From a virus: a stretch of DNA of 64,000 bases. Positions 31,496 through 41,358 of this stretch are shown piece after piece (the first letter of the stretch is position 1; every line of letters starts with the position of its first letter). Where the stretch lies: IMG/VR virus record IMGVR_UViG_3300043446_003513, positions 42,680-106,679 of that record; one strand, 5' to 3'. Below the pieces are notes generated by a model. It saw only the letters and a program-made list of their open reading frames with translations, was not told the DNA's origin and searched no databases. The position numbers and the translations under genes were made by a program.

Positions 31496-34400
31496 TTTAT
31501 CTCCTTTATCATTAAAGTTCCGTCATCCAATTTGGATAACACTACCTTACATTTCATACCCTCACGCATTTTGGCAAGGGAAGTCTTATACATGGCTGGA
31601 AATGCAATAGCTCTAGTTAATTCTTTAGACTTATTACTAAGTACAATATGGCTCATCATCTTTCCAGCCTTTGTTTTATATGGGGTAAAGTTTACTACAA
31701 TATACTCATCGTCTTGTAGATCATATTCTTTTCTATAAAGATAATCAACAAACAAGTCCGAAGCATTTGGATCAATTTCCTTAACATTTATATACCTTGC
31801 AATTCTATTATCTCCAACTAAAATAAAATACATTTGATTTGGTTCAATCTGTGTGTCTTCGTGATGAAACAAACCAATAGATCCAGTTTCGTCTACAAGC
31901 TCAACTCTTGCCCAACCTGTGCCACGCTTAATACTTTTGACCATTCCAAACATTACAAAAGATCCTAGGTCATCAAAATCTTCAATCGGCCTAGCCTGTG
32001 CTTTAATTCTTGGAGGGATTCCAGATAAATTAAATGCTGGTATTCCAAGATACTCGTAGTAGTTATCTTTTTCATTTCCAGACCTTGGGTTATCTTCAAA
32101 TGCTGCTCCACCAATAGAATTTAGTGCATCTATAGCCCTGCTATTAATCCCGCTACCCTTGGTAGATGCAATATCCATAAACTCTTTATAATTTTTAAAT
32201 GGTCTTTTTTCTATAATCTTATTAGCAATATTGTCTGAAATATATTTAATTTCAGCTAAACCAAATCTAATAGAATTGTCTTTTAATGAAAAATACATTT
32301 CAGACTCATTAATATGTGGTAACAGGATCTTTAATCCAAGTCTTTTTGCCTCAATTAAATATTCCGTTCTAGCATCCTTATCGTTTTCATTTTTAAGAAT
32401 TGAAAACATGAAATCCAAGGGGTAATAATACTTGAGCCAAGCTGTCCAATAAGATAACATACTGTAAGCAACGGCGTGAGAACGATTAAAAGAATAGCCC
32501 GCATGAGCCTCAAAGTCATGCCATAACGCTTCCGCCTTCTTTTCTCCAATATGCCTTGAAGCTCCAAGAACAAATTTTTCTTTAAACTGGTCGAATTCCT
32601 TTGCATCCTTCTTCTTTCCAATGATCTTTCTTACCTTGTCAGCTTCTGACCAAGACATACCGCCCAGATAAACGCAAGCTTGCATAACCTGTTCTTGGTA
32701 AATAATAACTCCATAAGTATTTTTTGTAAACGGTTGCATAATTTCATGAACATAACTTGTTGCTTCTTTTCCGTGCTTTCTATTAATATAAGAAGCGCCA
32801 ACAGTATTCATGGCTCCAGGCCTAATTAAAGCATTTGATGCAGCCAAATCTTCAAAAGTAGAAACTCCCATTTTCATCAACAAATTAGTATATGGAGTTG
32901 CTTCGGCTTGAAATACTCCCTTTGTGTATCCTTCACTTAGTGTTTGATAAACCAATTGATCATTCATTTCTAAATCAGATAAAATAATTGTTTTATTATG
33001 TCTTTTCTTTATTGATTCTAAAGTATCAGAAATAACAGATAAGGTTTTTAATCCAAGGGCATCTAGCTTAATTAATCCGATATCTGCTACTGTATCCATA
33101 TCGTACGCAACAACTGGAATTCTTCCAGAAACTTTATCATTAGCATCTTCTCTAGACTCAACTGGAGCATAAGACCTTAGTTCATCTTTTGCAACAACAA
33201 CTCCAGCAGCATGAACTCCTACTGATCTTATTCTTCCGCGAAGTTTTTCCGCAAGTCCGACAACTTCTGGATACTTTGCTCTAAAGTCTTTTGTGTTTGG
33301 AGATTCCATAAAATCTTCAAAAGTATCTACTGGTTTTAACGCTCTATTTACTTCTTGAAGCGGAACCATAAATACACGTGCCGCATCTCTAACAACGCCT
33401 TTATCTTTAAAGTAAGTAAATGTAGATATAGAGGCAACATGCTTAAATTTCTTTTTTAAATAATCTTTAACTTCCTTACGACGGCGATCTTCAAAATCTG
33501 TATCGATATCTGGAAAATCATTTCGTTCAGGATTAATAAATCTAAAAAACAAAAGGTCGTATTCAATTGGATCGACATCTGTTATTCCTAGTAAATAACA
33601 AACCAACGATCCTGCCGCCGATCCACGACCTGGCCCAACCATTATATTTTGAGACTTAGCCCAATTAATCATATCTGCAACTACTAAAAAGTAAGACGCA
33701 AAACTTTTTTCTTTAATTATATTTAATTCTTCATATAGTCTAATTTCATATTTGTCATTTCCCAGCCACGATGAAGTCAGGTGTAGGTCTTCAAGGGCTT
33801 TAAAGGCCATCTCAGCCAACTTTTCATCGGCATTGGTCTTAGGTACTGGCAAAAGATCTAAGCCCTGTTTAAAATCGTACTCCTCAATTTTATTGGCTAT
33901 CTCTACAGAATTATCATAAATATCTGTTCTTGAAATTCCAGCTTTATTAAAATCAAATTCTATTTGATTTCTTGTCTGAACAAATAAATTGTAGTCCTGA
34001 AAAGAAATTTTTCTATCTGGATATAAATAATTAAATCTATCTAGTATATTTTTCATATTTCTAGACATATCAAAATCTGCATCTTTATCCATCTTGGGAG
34101 ATGTAGAAAGAATTAATAAAGCTTCCTCTAAAATCCTATCTTCTTCTTTTGCAAAATGGCAATCTCCTGTTGCTACTGGCTTAATGCCCAATTCGTCAGC
34201 TAAATTTAAAAGAGCATTATTTACTTCTGCTGGATTATGAGACTGAACTTCCACGTAAAAGTCATCTTTAAATGTTTTCTTAAAGTCTTTTAATAAAAGC
34301 TTAGCAGAAGAAAGATCTCCCTTTTCTATAGCCTTGCTTACAAGTCCATTTAAACATCCGCTAAGAACAATAACGCCTTCGCTATATTCATTCAAAACTT

Positions 34401-34773
34401 CCCTATCGATTCTAGGCTTATGGTAAAAACCTTCATTCCATGCAATCTCTTGAAGCCTATTTATATTTTCTAGACCCTTTTTATTTTTAGCCAATAAAAT
34501 AATATGGTTGTAAGCTTGAATACTTTTATCCGTTTTAGAAGATTTATCAAACCTGTCAGTTGGAGAAATATATGCTTCTACACCGAGGATTGGTTTTACT
34601 CCTAGCTCTTTGCAAGCTATTTGCATTTCTCTATGTGACGACAATGTTCCATGATCAGTAATTGCTATAGCGGTTTGACCTGCATCTAATGCAGCTTGAG
34701 CTAACTCTTTAGGAGAGTTAAGCCCATCCATCAAGGAATAATATGAATGAACATGTAAGTGTACAAACTTCAT
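31492..34773 (-). CDS. dnaE: DNA polymerase III alpha subunit (family C)
   Basis: PHP HLHVHS.YSL.DG, ITDHG; GPGRGSAAGS, PDIDTDF, KLD.LGL, YQEQ.M, Y.FN.SH. Confidence 0.96.
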   Translation of the reverse strand: MKFVHLHVHSYYSLMDGLNSPKELAQAALDAGQTAIAITDHGTLSSHREMQIACKELGVKPILGVEAYISPTDRFDKSSKTDKSIQAYNHIILLAKNKKGLENINRLQEIAWNEGFYHKPRIDREVLNEYSEGVIVLSGCLNGLVSKAIEKGDLSSAKLLLKDFKKTFKDDFYVEVQSHNPAEVNNALLNLADELGIKPVATGDCHFAKEEDRILEEALLILSTSPKMDKDADFDMSRNMKNILDRFNYLYPDRKISFQDYNLFVQTRNQIEFDFNKAGISRTDIYDNSVEIANKIEEYDFKQGLDLLPVPKTNADEKLAEMAFKALEDLHLTSSWLGNDKYEIRLYEELNIIKEKSFASYFLVVADMINWAKSQNIMVGPGRGSAAGSLVCYLLGITDVDPIEYDLLFFRFINPERNDFPDIDTDFEDRRRKEVKDYLKKKFKHVASISTFTYFKDKGVVRDAARVFMVPLQEVNRALKPVDTFEDFMESPNTKDFRAKYPEVVGLAEKLRGRIRSVGVHAAGVVVAKDELRSYAPVESREDANDKVSGRIPVVAYDMDTVADIGLIKLDALGLKTLSVISDTLESIKKRHNKTIILSDLEMNDQLVYQTLSEGYTKGVFQAEATPYTNLLMKMGVSTFEDLAASNALIRPGAMNTVGASYINRKHGKEATSYVHEIMQPFTKNTYGVIIYQEQVMQACVYLGGMSWSEADKVRKIIGKKKDAKEFDQFKEKFVLGASRHIGEKKAEALWHDFEAHAGYSFNRSHAVAYSMLSYWTAWLKYYYPLDFMFSILKNENDKDARTEYLIEAKRLGLKILLPHINESEMYFSLKDNSIRFGLAEIKYISDNIANKIIEKRPFKNYKEFMDIASTKGSGINSRAIDALNSIGGAAFEDNPRSGNEKDNYYEYLGIPAFNLSGIPPRIKAQARPIEDFDDLGSFVMFGMVKSIKRGTGWARVELVDETGSIGLFHHEDTQIEPNQMYFILVGDNRIARYINVKEIDPNASDLFVDYLYRKEYDLQDDEYIVVNFTPYKTKAGKMMSHIVLSNKSKELTRAIAFPAMYKTSLAKMREGMKCKVVLSKLDDGTLMIKEIK

Positions 34774-34797
34774 ATCTTCCGCCTTTTCTTATTCATG

Positions 34798-34870
34798 TAC
34801 CCAGAGTGGGATTTGAACCCACGCTTTATAGATTTTAAGTCTATTGCCTCTGCCACTGGGCTACCTGGGC
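34798..34870 (-). tRNA. tRNA-Leu(TAA), short variable loop
   Basis: GCCCAGG/TCTGGGT-A; ATAGA-CT TAA AA-TCTAT; variable region only AAAGC; GGTTCAAATCC. Confidence 0.9.
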
Positions 34871-34877
34871 CCCTCTA

Positions 34878-35546
34878 CTACCAGTCTAAATTGCTGCTGG
34901 TTGCAGAATTCGATTCGCTGTTAGCCTCTCCAGAGAAAAAAGACTCTTGTTCGGCATATGGCAAGTCCCTGACTGCTGTTGCCTCAAGATCATATAGATC
35001 CAAAGATGATGAATCAAACGCTGTCTCATCTTTTGCTAGAGGAATAATTGTATAGCTTGTATCTGTTTTTGTTCCAGTTCGCTTAATTCTCCACATCAAA
35101 TTTGTGATGCTTCCCATTTCGCCAGCATATTCAATTAGTGTAGGTGTAACAGTCTTTCCACTAGAACCCTGTGATAAGATTGCTACATATGGCTCTTCTT
35201 TGCCATCATCGACAAGCACGTTGATATACAAACGAGACTTGCCCTTCCAGCCAGCCTTATAATCTTTTCTATGTTGCTCGCAACCCCAGCATTTGCCCTG
35301 ATCTTCCATCGAGCACAATGCCTTGCGGCGATAATCTTTTGGATTTGTATGTTCTACTGCAATAAAACCCAGACCATTTTTTTGACTATATGTTGGTGAA
35401 TCTGGATCTAGTTCTTGAAGAAATCTAATCTTGACGCTTTCTGAATCTTCAAGCTTTACCCATCTGGCCTTACTTCCTTCTCCAGATGTAATTTGTGGTT
35501 TATCCATTACTTTGTTTAGATCTTTTAGACCTTTAACGATACCCAT
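34878..35546 (-). CDS. single-stranded DNA-binding protein (gp32-like)
   Basis: KIRFL, H…C…CWGC Zn site, R.G…DT.Y, acidic C-terminus ending in W. Confidence 0.78.
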   Translation of the reverse strand: MGIVKGLKDLNKVMDKPQITSGEGSKARWVKLEDSESVKIRFLQELDPDSPTYSQKNGLGFIAVEHTNPKDYRRKALCSMEDQGKCWGCEQHRKDYKAGWKGKSRLYINVLVDDGKEEPYVAILSQGSSGKTVTPTLIEYAGEMGSITNLMWRIKRTGTKTDTSYTIIPLAKDETAFDSSSLDLYDLEATAVRDLPYAEQESFFSGEANSESNSATSSNLDW

Positions 35547-35600
35547 TTATATCTCCTTCTGTATAGTTGATGGTATATATCCATCTGTTCTTTCATTATA

Positions 35601-36599
35601 TCATGGGTTCCAAGATCGATATTCGATATCGGAAACTGCGTTTTTAATACAGGCTTTAATTTCTTCTTCAGTCATATCGCCAGCATCTTTTGCATCATGT
35701 GGGTATATCTTACCATAAGAATGCGATGCCCACAAGACATCTTTATGTTTTAATTTATTTGCAATATTTAAACCGAGGTCTCTGCCAGCTTGGTCTGAAT
35801 CTGTCATGATAATTATTTGATTAAAATATCTGTTTAACAATTTAATATTATTTGATGATATATGTCCACCTAATGTTGCTATAACATTTGGAAATCCAGA
35901 CTGGTGAACCCTCATGGCGTCAAAGGAGGATTCAGTAATAATGCATACACCACCAATGCGTTTAACGTTATGAATATTAAAAAGAGTGCTACTGCGGGGA
36001 AGCCCTGTCGAATTTTTAAACTCTTTAGAGTCAATCCCACGCCCAACAATCCCAACGCAAAGGCCGTCAGGACTATATACAGGCACAGTAACCATCCTGC
36101 GGTTATTAGAATATCCAACATTAAAATGCTCCAATGTCTCGTCGGTAAATCCTCGGCCATGCATGTATGCACGACCATCCTTATATTCTTTCATTTCTTT
36201 AGATAATTTGTCAATAGTGCTTTTATCAAACTCCACAAATTCTGGTTTCTCTTCTAATAATTCATTTAAAATTTCATCAAAATTCTGTAACGACTCAGAT
36301 TCTTTTGAAGAAATAAATCTAAGTGCTTCGTAGTCATTTTTTTGTAAAACTTTTTTTACAAGATCCAGTAATGTGCCAGACTCTCCGCAAGAAGGGTTAA
36401 AGCAAATATATGCACCCTTGTCTCTGCTTACGCTAAAACTTGGTGTATGTCTATTAGAATGAAATGGGCAATAGCATAAAAAATCATTTGAGGTTTCTCC
36501 AACAACATCTAAACCAATTGATTTTACGATTGTTTTAATATGTGCTGGGGCATACTGCGTGGGATCAACTTCCCTTGTGTTATACCCTCTGATAGCCAT
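35601..36599 (-). CDS. dnaG: DNA primase (CHC2 Zn finger + TOPRIM)
   Basis: CPFH….PSF…C…C; ITES.FD; D.D.AG; KD. Confidence 0.9.
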   Translation of the reverse strand: MAIRGYNTREVDPTQYAPAHIKTIVKSIGLDVVGETSNDFLCYCPFHSNRHTPSFSVSRDKGAYICFNPSCGESGTLLDLVKKVLQKNDYEALRFISSKESESLQNFDEILNELLEEKPEFVEFDKSTIDKLSKEMKEYKDGRAYMHGRGFTDETLEHFNVGYSNNRRMVTVPVYSPDGLCVGIVGRGIDSKEFKNSTGLPRSSTLFNIHNVKRIGGVCIITESSFDAMRVHQSGFPNVIATLGGHISSNNIKLLNRYFNQIIIMTDSDQAGRDLGLNIANKLKHKDVLWASHSYGKIYPHDAKDAGDMTEEEIKACIKNAVSDIEYRSWNP

Positions 36600-36826
36600 G
36601 CCTTCTTCTTTCCTACGTAAACTCCATAAAGCGTCATTAAGAACGCCCAGGTTTCTCCAGTAAATTCTACAGAAAAACTAGGGTCTATGTCAAGCACCCT
36701 AGCGTAACCTCTTGATCTCATGTCATGAGTAAGCAAATTCTCATACTGAGCTCTTAATCTAATTATTTCAGAGTCATCCTTAAACTTAACTTCGACTTGA
36801 AATCTTTTAATATTTTTATGATTCAT
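36524..36826 (-). CDS. hypothetical protein
   Basis: ORF between helicase and primase. Confidence 0.65.
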   Translation of the reverse strand: MNHKNIKRFQVEVKFKDDSEIIRLRAQYENLLTHDMRSRGYARVLDIDPSFSVEFTGETWAFLMTLYGVYVGKKKAWLSEGITQGKLIPRSMPQHILKQS

Positions 36827-38057
36827 TCTTTTGCTCAAAAGGATTTTCAAATATCTCTTTGACTATTCCACGATTAATGTCCCAGTCTAAGAAAACATTA
36901 AATTCATGACCATGTCTATTTTTTCTACTAACAACCTCAATCATATTTGTATTTGTATATTTATGAATAGCAATTGCCATATCTGCATCATACTCAATTG
37001 CTTTTGACCACGCAACTTGAGAGAGCATGGGTGGGTTATCTTGATCAGAAACATCATCCATAGTTGCTGCAGTAATATCAATAATTGGAATTCCATTTGT
37101 CATAGCAAGCATCTTAAACTCACGAGAGATGTTCATATTTCTTTCAGTGGCTCCAGAGCTACGCTTAGTATCTGAAAAGAGTTGATGATAATCAAGAATT
37201 ACTAAATCTGGTTTATGTTGATCTATTTTTGCCTGAACGGTATTAGCATTGACTTCAGCCATGCCCTCATTAGAAACCAATATAAAACCATTTTTATTTT
37301 CAAATCTTTTCTTTCCCCAAGATCTCAGATCGTCTATATTAATGTCTCCTTTTGCAAAATCACTTGCCTTAAATAACCCAGACCCCATCATTGTATAGAT
37401 TCGGTCTCGCATATTTTCTGGAGACATTTCTAGAGAAACAATCATTGGCTTGAATCCTTGTTCCCAAGCCTTGCATGCTAAGTATGAAGTAAACCATGTC
37501 TTACCTCTACCTGGCCAACCAATTGCCACAATTAAATGTCCTGGAGCCATACCAGTTGGATAAGCCTTATCAATTGCTTCAAACCCTGTTAGAATTCCTG
37601 GACTTCCGCCCATGGCTGCAGAGCGTTCTTTTACTGATACTAAATGTTTTTCTGCAAGATCCAAGTCTGTAACATCTATATCACGAACATTATTTGTATA
37701 CTTTGCCAAACTAGATAGTTTTGCTTGCATATCTGCCAAGACTCTTGATGCGGCATCTTCTTTTAATGCAGATCCGCCCTGCATAATAATTCCTTTTAGC
37801 TTAGCAGTTAGGTATTCATTCTTGAGCTTATCTAAATAATAGCCAGTCTGACCAGATACATCCACTGGCTCAAAGTCTTTGAAGCGCTCCATTAGAATTC
37901 CTACCTCTGGAACGGCTTTAAATTTATAATAATACGATTTTAATGAATCCCAAATATCTCTGTGCGATGTAAAAATATCATCAACATTGTCTGCTAATAA
38001 AACACTTATATCTTTATTCTTGCATACTGAGGATAAAAGTTCCGCTTCTGTGTTCAC
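36816..38057 (-). CDS. dnaB: replicative DnaB-like helicase
   Basis: GWPGRGKT, SLEM, ILDY, IEYDAD, KNRHG. Confidence 0.93.
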   Translation of the reverse strand: MNTEAELLSSVCKNKDISVLLADNVDDIFTSHRDIWDSLKSYYYKFKAVPEVGILMERFKDFEPVDVSGQTGYYLDKLKNEYLTAKLKGIIMQGGSALKEDAASRVLADMQAKLSSLAKYTNNVRDIDVTDLDLAEKHLVSVKERSAAMGGSPGILTGFEAIDKAYPTGMAPGHLIVAIGWPGRGKTWFTSYLACKAWEQGFKPMIVSLEMSPENMRDRIYTMMGSGLFKASDFAKGDINIDDLRSWGKKRFENKNGFILVSNEGMAEVNANTVQAKIDQHKPDLVILDYHQLFSDTKRSSGATERNMNISREFKMLAMTNGIPIIDITAATMDDVSDQDNPPMLSQVAWSKAIEYDADMAIAIHKYTNTNMIEVVSRKNRHGHEFNVFLDWDINRGIVKEIFENPFEQKNES

Positions 38058-38371
38058 TCTTCTCCCTCCACCAATTTTCTAGTAGCTTCTAATAAAACTC
38101 TTCTATTCGATTTATCTTTTTCCATTTCAGTTTTATAGTAATCAAGCCTATCAAAACTATAGAAGAAAAAATTAATCGGGTGACCAGCCTTGCTTGTTCT
38201 AAAGTAATATACTAAAAGCTCTTTAGTTCTGTCAAATCCTATGCTATCTATTACATCCTGCATAGCCCACTTTTCACGAAACTTATTTAGCTTAGGCTTT
38301 TGCCCATACTTTTCTTTATACAAAGACTCATAAAGGCTTAACAAAATATAAGGTTCTTTATCACTTGCCAC
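38054..38371 (-). CDS. hypothetical protein
   Basis: 105-aa ORF coupled to the helicase. Confidence 0.7.
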   Translation of the reverse strand: MASDKEPYILLSLYESLYKEKYGQKPKLNKFREKWAMQDVIDSIGFDRTKELLVYYFRTSKAGHPINFFFYSFDRLDYYKTEMEKDKSNRRVLLEATRKLVEGEE

Positions 38372-38570
38372 GATTTGACAATTCCTCTTCTACCTCACGA
38401 GTTTTTTCTATCAGTTTATCTTCCACAAATTTATACACTCGATCTGTAGCGGTATCAACATTTTCTCCATCACGAACCCAGTCTTCTACGCCAATACCAA
38501 TTTTGATACTCTCATAGTTTCCTAGGTTGCGAGTAAAAGAAAGATCAACCTTAACTTTTGTGTCCATCAT
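38361..38570 (-). CDS. hypothetical protein
   Basis: TRNLGNYESIKI motif; coupled ORF. Confidence 0.7.
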   Translation of the reverse strand: MMDTKVKVDLSFTRNLGNYESIKIGIGVEDWVRDGENVDTATDRVYKFVEDKLIEKTREVEEELSNRGK

Positions 38571-39052
38571 TCCGCCTTCCATACTGGTACAAATTTACCA
38601 TCTTCTGTCTTAGTATACAATATTAAGTTGTTTCTGAGAATAGCTAACAGTTCAGTTTTTGATGGTATATCGCTGTGATATCCAGCATCTAATATAAATT
38701 GGTGCAAATCTAATATATCGGACTCGCTAAACATATATTTAGACCAGTTTTTATTTTCTGGATCACCAATTGGATATATTTTAGACGGTGGCTTTATTTT
38801 ACCATCCAAAATATAATCCTCAATAGTAACTTTATGTTTATTTAAAATCTTTGCTACCTGTGTCATAGAATATGCTGTCTGCATATTTTTTTCTACAAGA
38901 GAGTACGAGTAGAGCACCCTTTTTCTATCTGGGTAGCACCAAGCAATTATTTCATCCCTTGGTCTAGACGATCTAATAACTTTATGTATTTTATCGTTTA
39001 GGAAGAAGTAGAGAAATTTTTTGCGTGTTTTTCTTCTATTTGACTTAGCCAT
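38567..39052 (-). CDS. HTH (MerR/excisionase-like) DNA-binding protein
   Basis: YSMTQVAKILNKHKVTIEDYILDGKI…FSESDI. Confidence 0.72.
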   Translation of the reverse strand: MAKSNRRKTRKKFLYFFLNDKIHKVIRSSRPRDEIIAWCYPDRKRVLYSYSLVEKNMQTAYSMTQVAKILNKHKVTIEDYILDGKIKPPSKIYPIGDPENKNWSKYMFSESDILDLHQFILDAGYHSDIPSKTELLAILRNNLILYTKTEDGKFVPVWKAE

Positions 39053-39186
39053 CGACCTATTGCTGTTCTTTCTTTATGTAACATCCACCTTTTGCCACAT
39101 GCAATACAGAATACCTCAACAGATAAGTATTGAGAAAATACTCTATCTATAAAAACTCTTCCGCCACATTTAGCACACCACATCAT
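38998..39186 (-). CDS. zinc-ribbon protein
   Basis: CAKCGG…CIACG. Confidence 0.75.
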   Translation of the reverse strand: MMWCAKCGGRVFIDRVFSQYLSVEVFCIACGKRWMLHKERTAIGRWLSQIEEKHAKNFSTSS

Positions 39187-39986
39187 AATGAAAATAACTT
39201 CCCATCAACTACACAAGTATAATTTGGAGAAATATGAACCATCTGAATATGCGGCCACTCTCCATTCTCAATATGAGCAATGGCAAAACCTTTTTGCCAG
39301 TCGTGATGCTGTGTATATTTCATTCCTGGCCCCTTTTCATCACACATATGACCGATTTCATATCCACGAATTGTCTCGCCAAGTCCGTTGTTTCTTAACT
39401 CGTACGTTTGGAAATGCGATGCAATTCTATGTGAATGTCCTCTAATTAAAGATATCTGGAGATCATTCATGTCTTTTCTTACCGCACCAGTATCTGCAAC
39501 GGATAGTCCGTGATGTACGTGTATATCTCCAAATCTGCGCTTTGGCAATTCGTTATAGTAAATATACTCGTAACCCAAAGAATCTAAAGACCACAAAGAT
39601 TCTGGTGTAACCTCATTAATATAGTCTGGAAGTTTTGCATCTACATAATTAAAAATACGAATATCATGATTTCCTAAAGCAGAAAACAATTGAGCGTTCG
39701 GCAACATTTCCCTAGTTTTAACATAAAAGTCTCTAGCGCCTTTTGCTTCGTGACGCATCATTGGAACAATTAAATCTTTACTATCTGTTTTGTGCAAATT
39801 TAAAAATTCAGCAGATCGTCCTTCTGTATACTTGCTATAGCATGCCTGGTCATCAGTATCGCCTAAATAGTCTACTACATCTGGCTTAAACCATTTCATT
39901 ACTTTAAACCAAAGCTCGATGGCTTTGTCGTCTTGATATGGAAACTGTTGATCTGACGACAACATCCATTTTAAATCATTACTCAT
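39183..39986 (-). CDS. calcineurin-like metallophosphoesterase
   Basis: SD.Q, LGD..D, GNHD, HHG, GHSH. Confidence 0.88.
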   Translation of the reverse strand: MSNDLKWMLSSDQQFPYQDDKAIELWFKVMKWFKPDVVDYLGDTDDQACYSKYTEGRSAEFLNLHKTDSKDLIVPMMRHEAKGARDFYVKTREMLPNAQLFSALGNHDIRIFNYVDAKLPDYINEVTPESLWSLDSLGYEYIYYNELPKRRFGDIHVHHGLSVADTGAVRKDMNDLQISLIRGHSHRIASHFQTYELRNNGLGETIRGYEIGHMCDEKGPGMKYTQHHDWQKGFAIAHIENGEWPHIQMVHISPNYTCVVDGKLFSL

Positions 39987-40000
39987 ATTTTCCTTATATG

Positions 40001-40026
40001 AAAAAAGTCACGGGTTCGTGACTTTT
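40001..40026 (-). terminator. terminator-like hairpin between the virion and replication blocks
   Basis: AAAAGTCACG-N4-CGTGACTTTT(TT). Confidence 0.65.
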
Positions 40027-40037
40027 GTAATACACTT

Positions 40038-40065
40038 ATTGTAACATTTATTTTGAAGATGTCAA
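40038..40065 (-). promoter_or_regulatory. promoter upstream of the replication block
   Basis: TTGACA-16 bp-TACAAT with TGn extension. Confidence 0.6.
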
Positions 40066-40466
40066 AGATCTTCGCCCTGCTCATGCATATTAGTTTCTGA
40101 ATCACTTACTTCAATTATTTTTGATCTATCTAGCCCATACTGATTAAAAGAATCTGGACTAACTATGTGCCGTCTTTTGTTTTGCGAAATTAAATAAATC
40201 TTACTATCAGAAATATTTTTAATTAAAGTTCCGTCTCTAAAGCCTAATTTTCCTACGGTCTTAATTCCAGATAAGGCTGAATCTTCAGCGTTTACTGTTG
40301 TAAATGACCAAGACTCTTCTGCTCGATCCGATATAAGTTTAAATCTTTTACCATCTTTTATCCAGTATGTTCCGCTATTAGTTTTTACTGCGATGCCAGA
40401 TGGAAAATTAGTTGGCACACTTACAATAGTCGGTTGACTATTTTTAAATAGCTTCATTTTTCTCAT
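40062..40466 (-). CDS. hypothetical protein with two internal beta-repeats
   Basis: G..VK….YWI.DGKR / GTLIK….IYLISQNKRR; leaderless -10 at 40473-40478. Confidence 0.7.
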   Translation of the reverse strand: MRKMKLFKNSQPTIVSVPTNFPSGIAVKTNSGTYWIKDGKRFKLISDRAEESWSFTTVNAEDSALSGIKTVGKLGFRDGTLIKNISDSKIYLISQNKRRHIVSPDSFNQYGLDRSKIIEVSDSETNMHEQGEDL

Positions 40467-40485
40467 CTTTCGATTATACTATATG

Positions 40486-40893
40486 CTAATAAGCTAATGC
40501 AATCCAGTTAATGCTAACTGGTTTCTTTTTTGTTTTATTTGTACTTTGAAAATATATCCAAACAGTTACGGACTCTTTTGTGGTTTGTCCTATTGCAATA
40601 TTAATATTATCGTCTGCAAGCCCACCTTTTGGGCTGGCTAATGTTGCAACTACAGTAGGAACTTTTGAAAAAAATGTTTTAGAGCTTGCCGTTGTCAATG
40701 GAATAATTCTAGAAACAGTTTTTCCAGAATCTAAATCTCCGCAATCAAACGTGCCAGCTAGCATCTGTGGAGCACTAGATCCAATTGTGCTATCTCCAAC
40801 AGTAATAACCTTTCCTTCTACCAAAGATAGCTTTGTTTCTAGCGATGACAAAAGGCTTGCATCCAGTGGTGCGCCGTCTACAAATTGTGACAT
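40486..40893 (-). CDS. small tail-fibre/H-type-lectin-like protein
   Basis: F..VPTVVAT…INWIAL C-terminal pattern. Confidence 0.6.
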   Translation of the reverse strand: MSQFVDGAPLDASLLSSLETKLSLVEGKVITVGDSTIGSSAPQMLAGTFDCGDLDSGKTVSRIIPLTTASSKTFFSKVPTVVATLASPKGGLADDNINIAIGQTTKESVTVWIYFQSTNKTKKKPVSINWIALAY

Positions 40894-40894
40894 T

Positions 40895-41074
40895 TTAATC
40901 TCCTAAAGATTCTAAGGACAACTCGTAGTCTTGAATCGCCTTTTCTTTTTCTTCTTTTTCATTTAACATATGTGTAATCTCTGCCCTTAAAATTGCAATT
41001 TGTGTTTCATAAGATGCAGCCATTTCACCAATTCTTTGTTGTAATGCTGTAATTATTAGTTGTTCTTTATCCAT
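40895..41074 (-). CDS. 59-aa coiled-coil protein (MDKEQLIITALQQRIGE…), not in ORF track
   Basis: SD AAGGA; heptad pattern; fills the gap. Confidence 0.7.
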   Translation of the reverse strand: MDKEQLIITALQQRIGEMAASYETQIAILRAEITHMLNEKEEKEKAIQDYELSLESLGD

Positions 41075-41081
41075 TTTATCC

Positions 41082-41342
41082 TTAAGGGGCTGTTGGTGAA
41101 CTGGTTGGCTGTGTATAAGAACTTGAATCCTCTGTTACATTTAATTTAGAAAGTTCTGTTTGCAATGCTGTAATTTGTGCATCAAATTGTTCAATTCTAC
41201 TATTTTGATTAGAAATAAATTCTGAACTTGGGCTATCCAGTGCTTCTTCCGCCATTATAGATGTTTCTGCATTATATTTATTAACCTCAATATTTCTAAT
41301 ATGAGCATTAATAATTGCTGCTTTTTCATTATCAGTTAACAT
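41082..41342 (-). CDS. small coiled-coil protein, possible fibre chaperone
   Basis: SD GGAGG; follows the FN3 fibre gene. Confidence 0.65.
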   Translation of the reverse strand: MLTDNEKAAIINAHIRNIEVNKYNAETSIMAEEALDSPSSEFISNQNSRIEQFDAQITALQTELSKLNVTEDSSSYTQPTSSPTAP

Positions 41343-41358
41343 TTATCCTCCTACCCTA

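Noticed and set aside
31492-34773. Intein or intron in dnaE (also checked by eye in terL, dnaB and recA)
   Set aside because: Lengths are ordinary, motifs are contiguous and no C…HN splice motifs were seen
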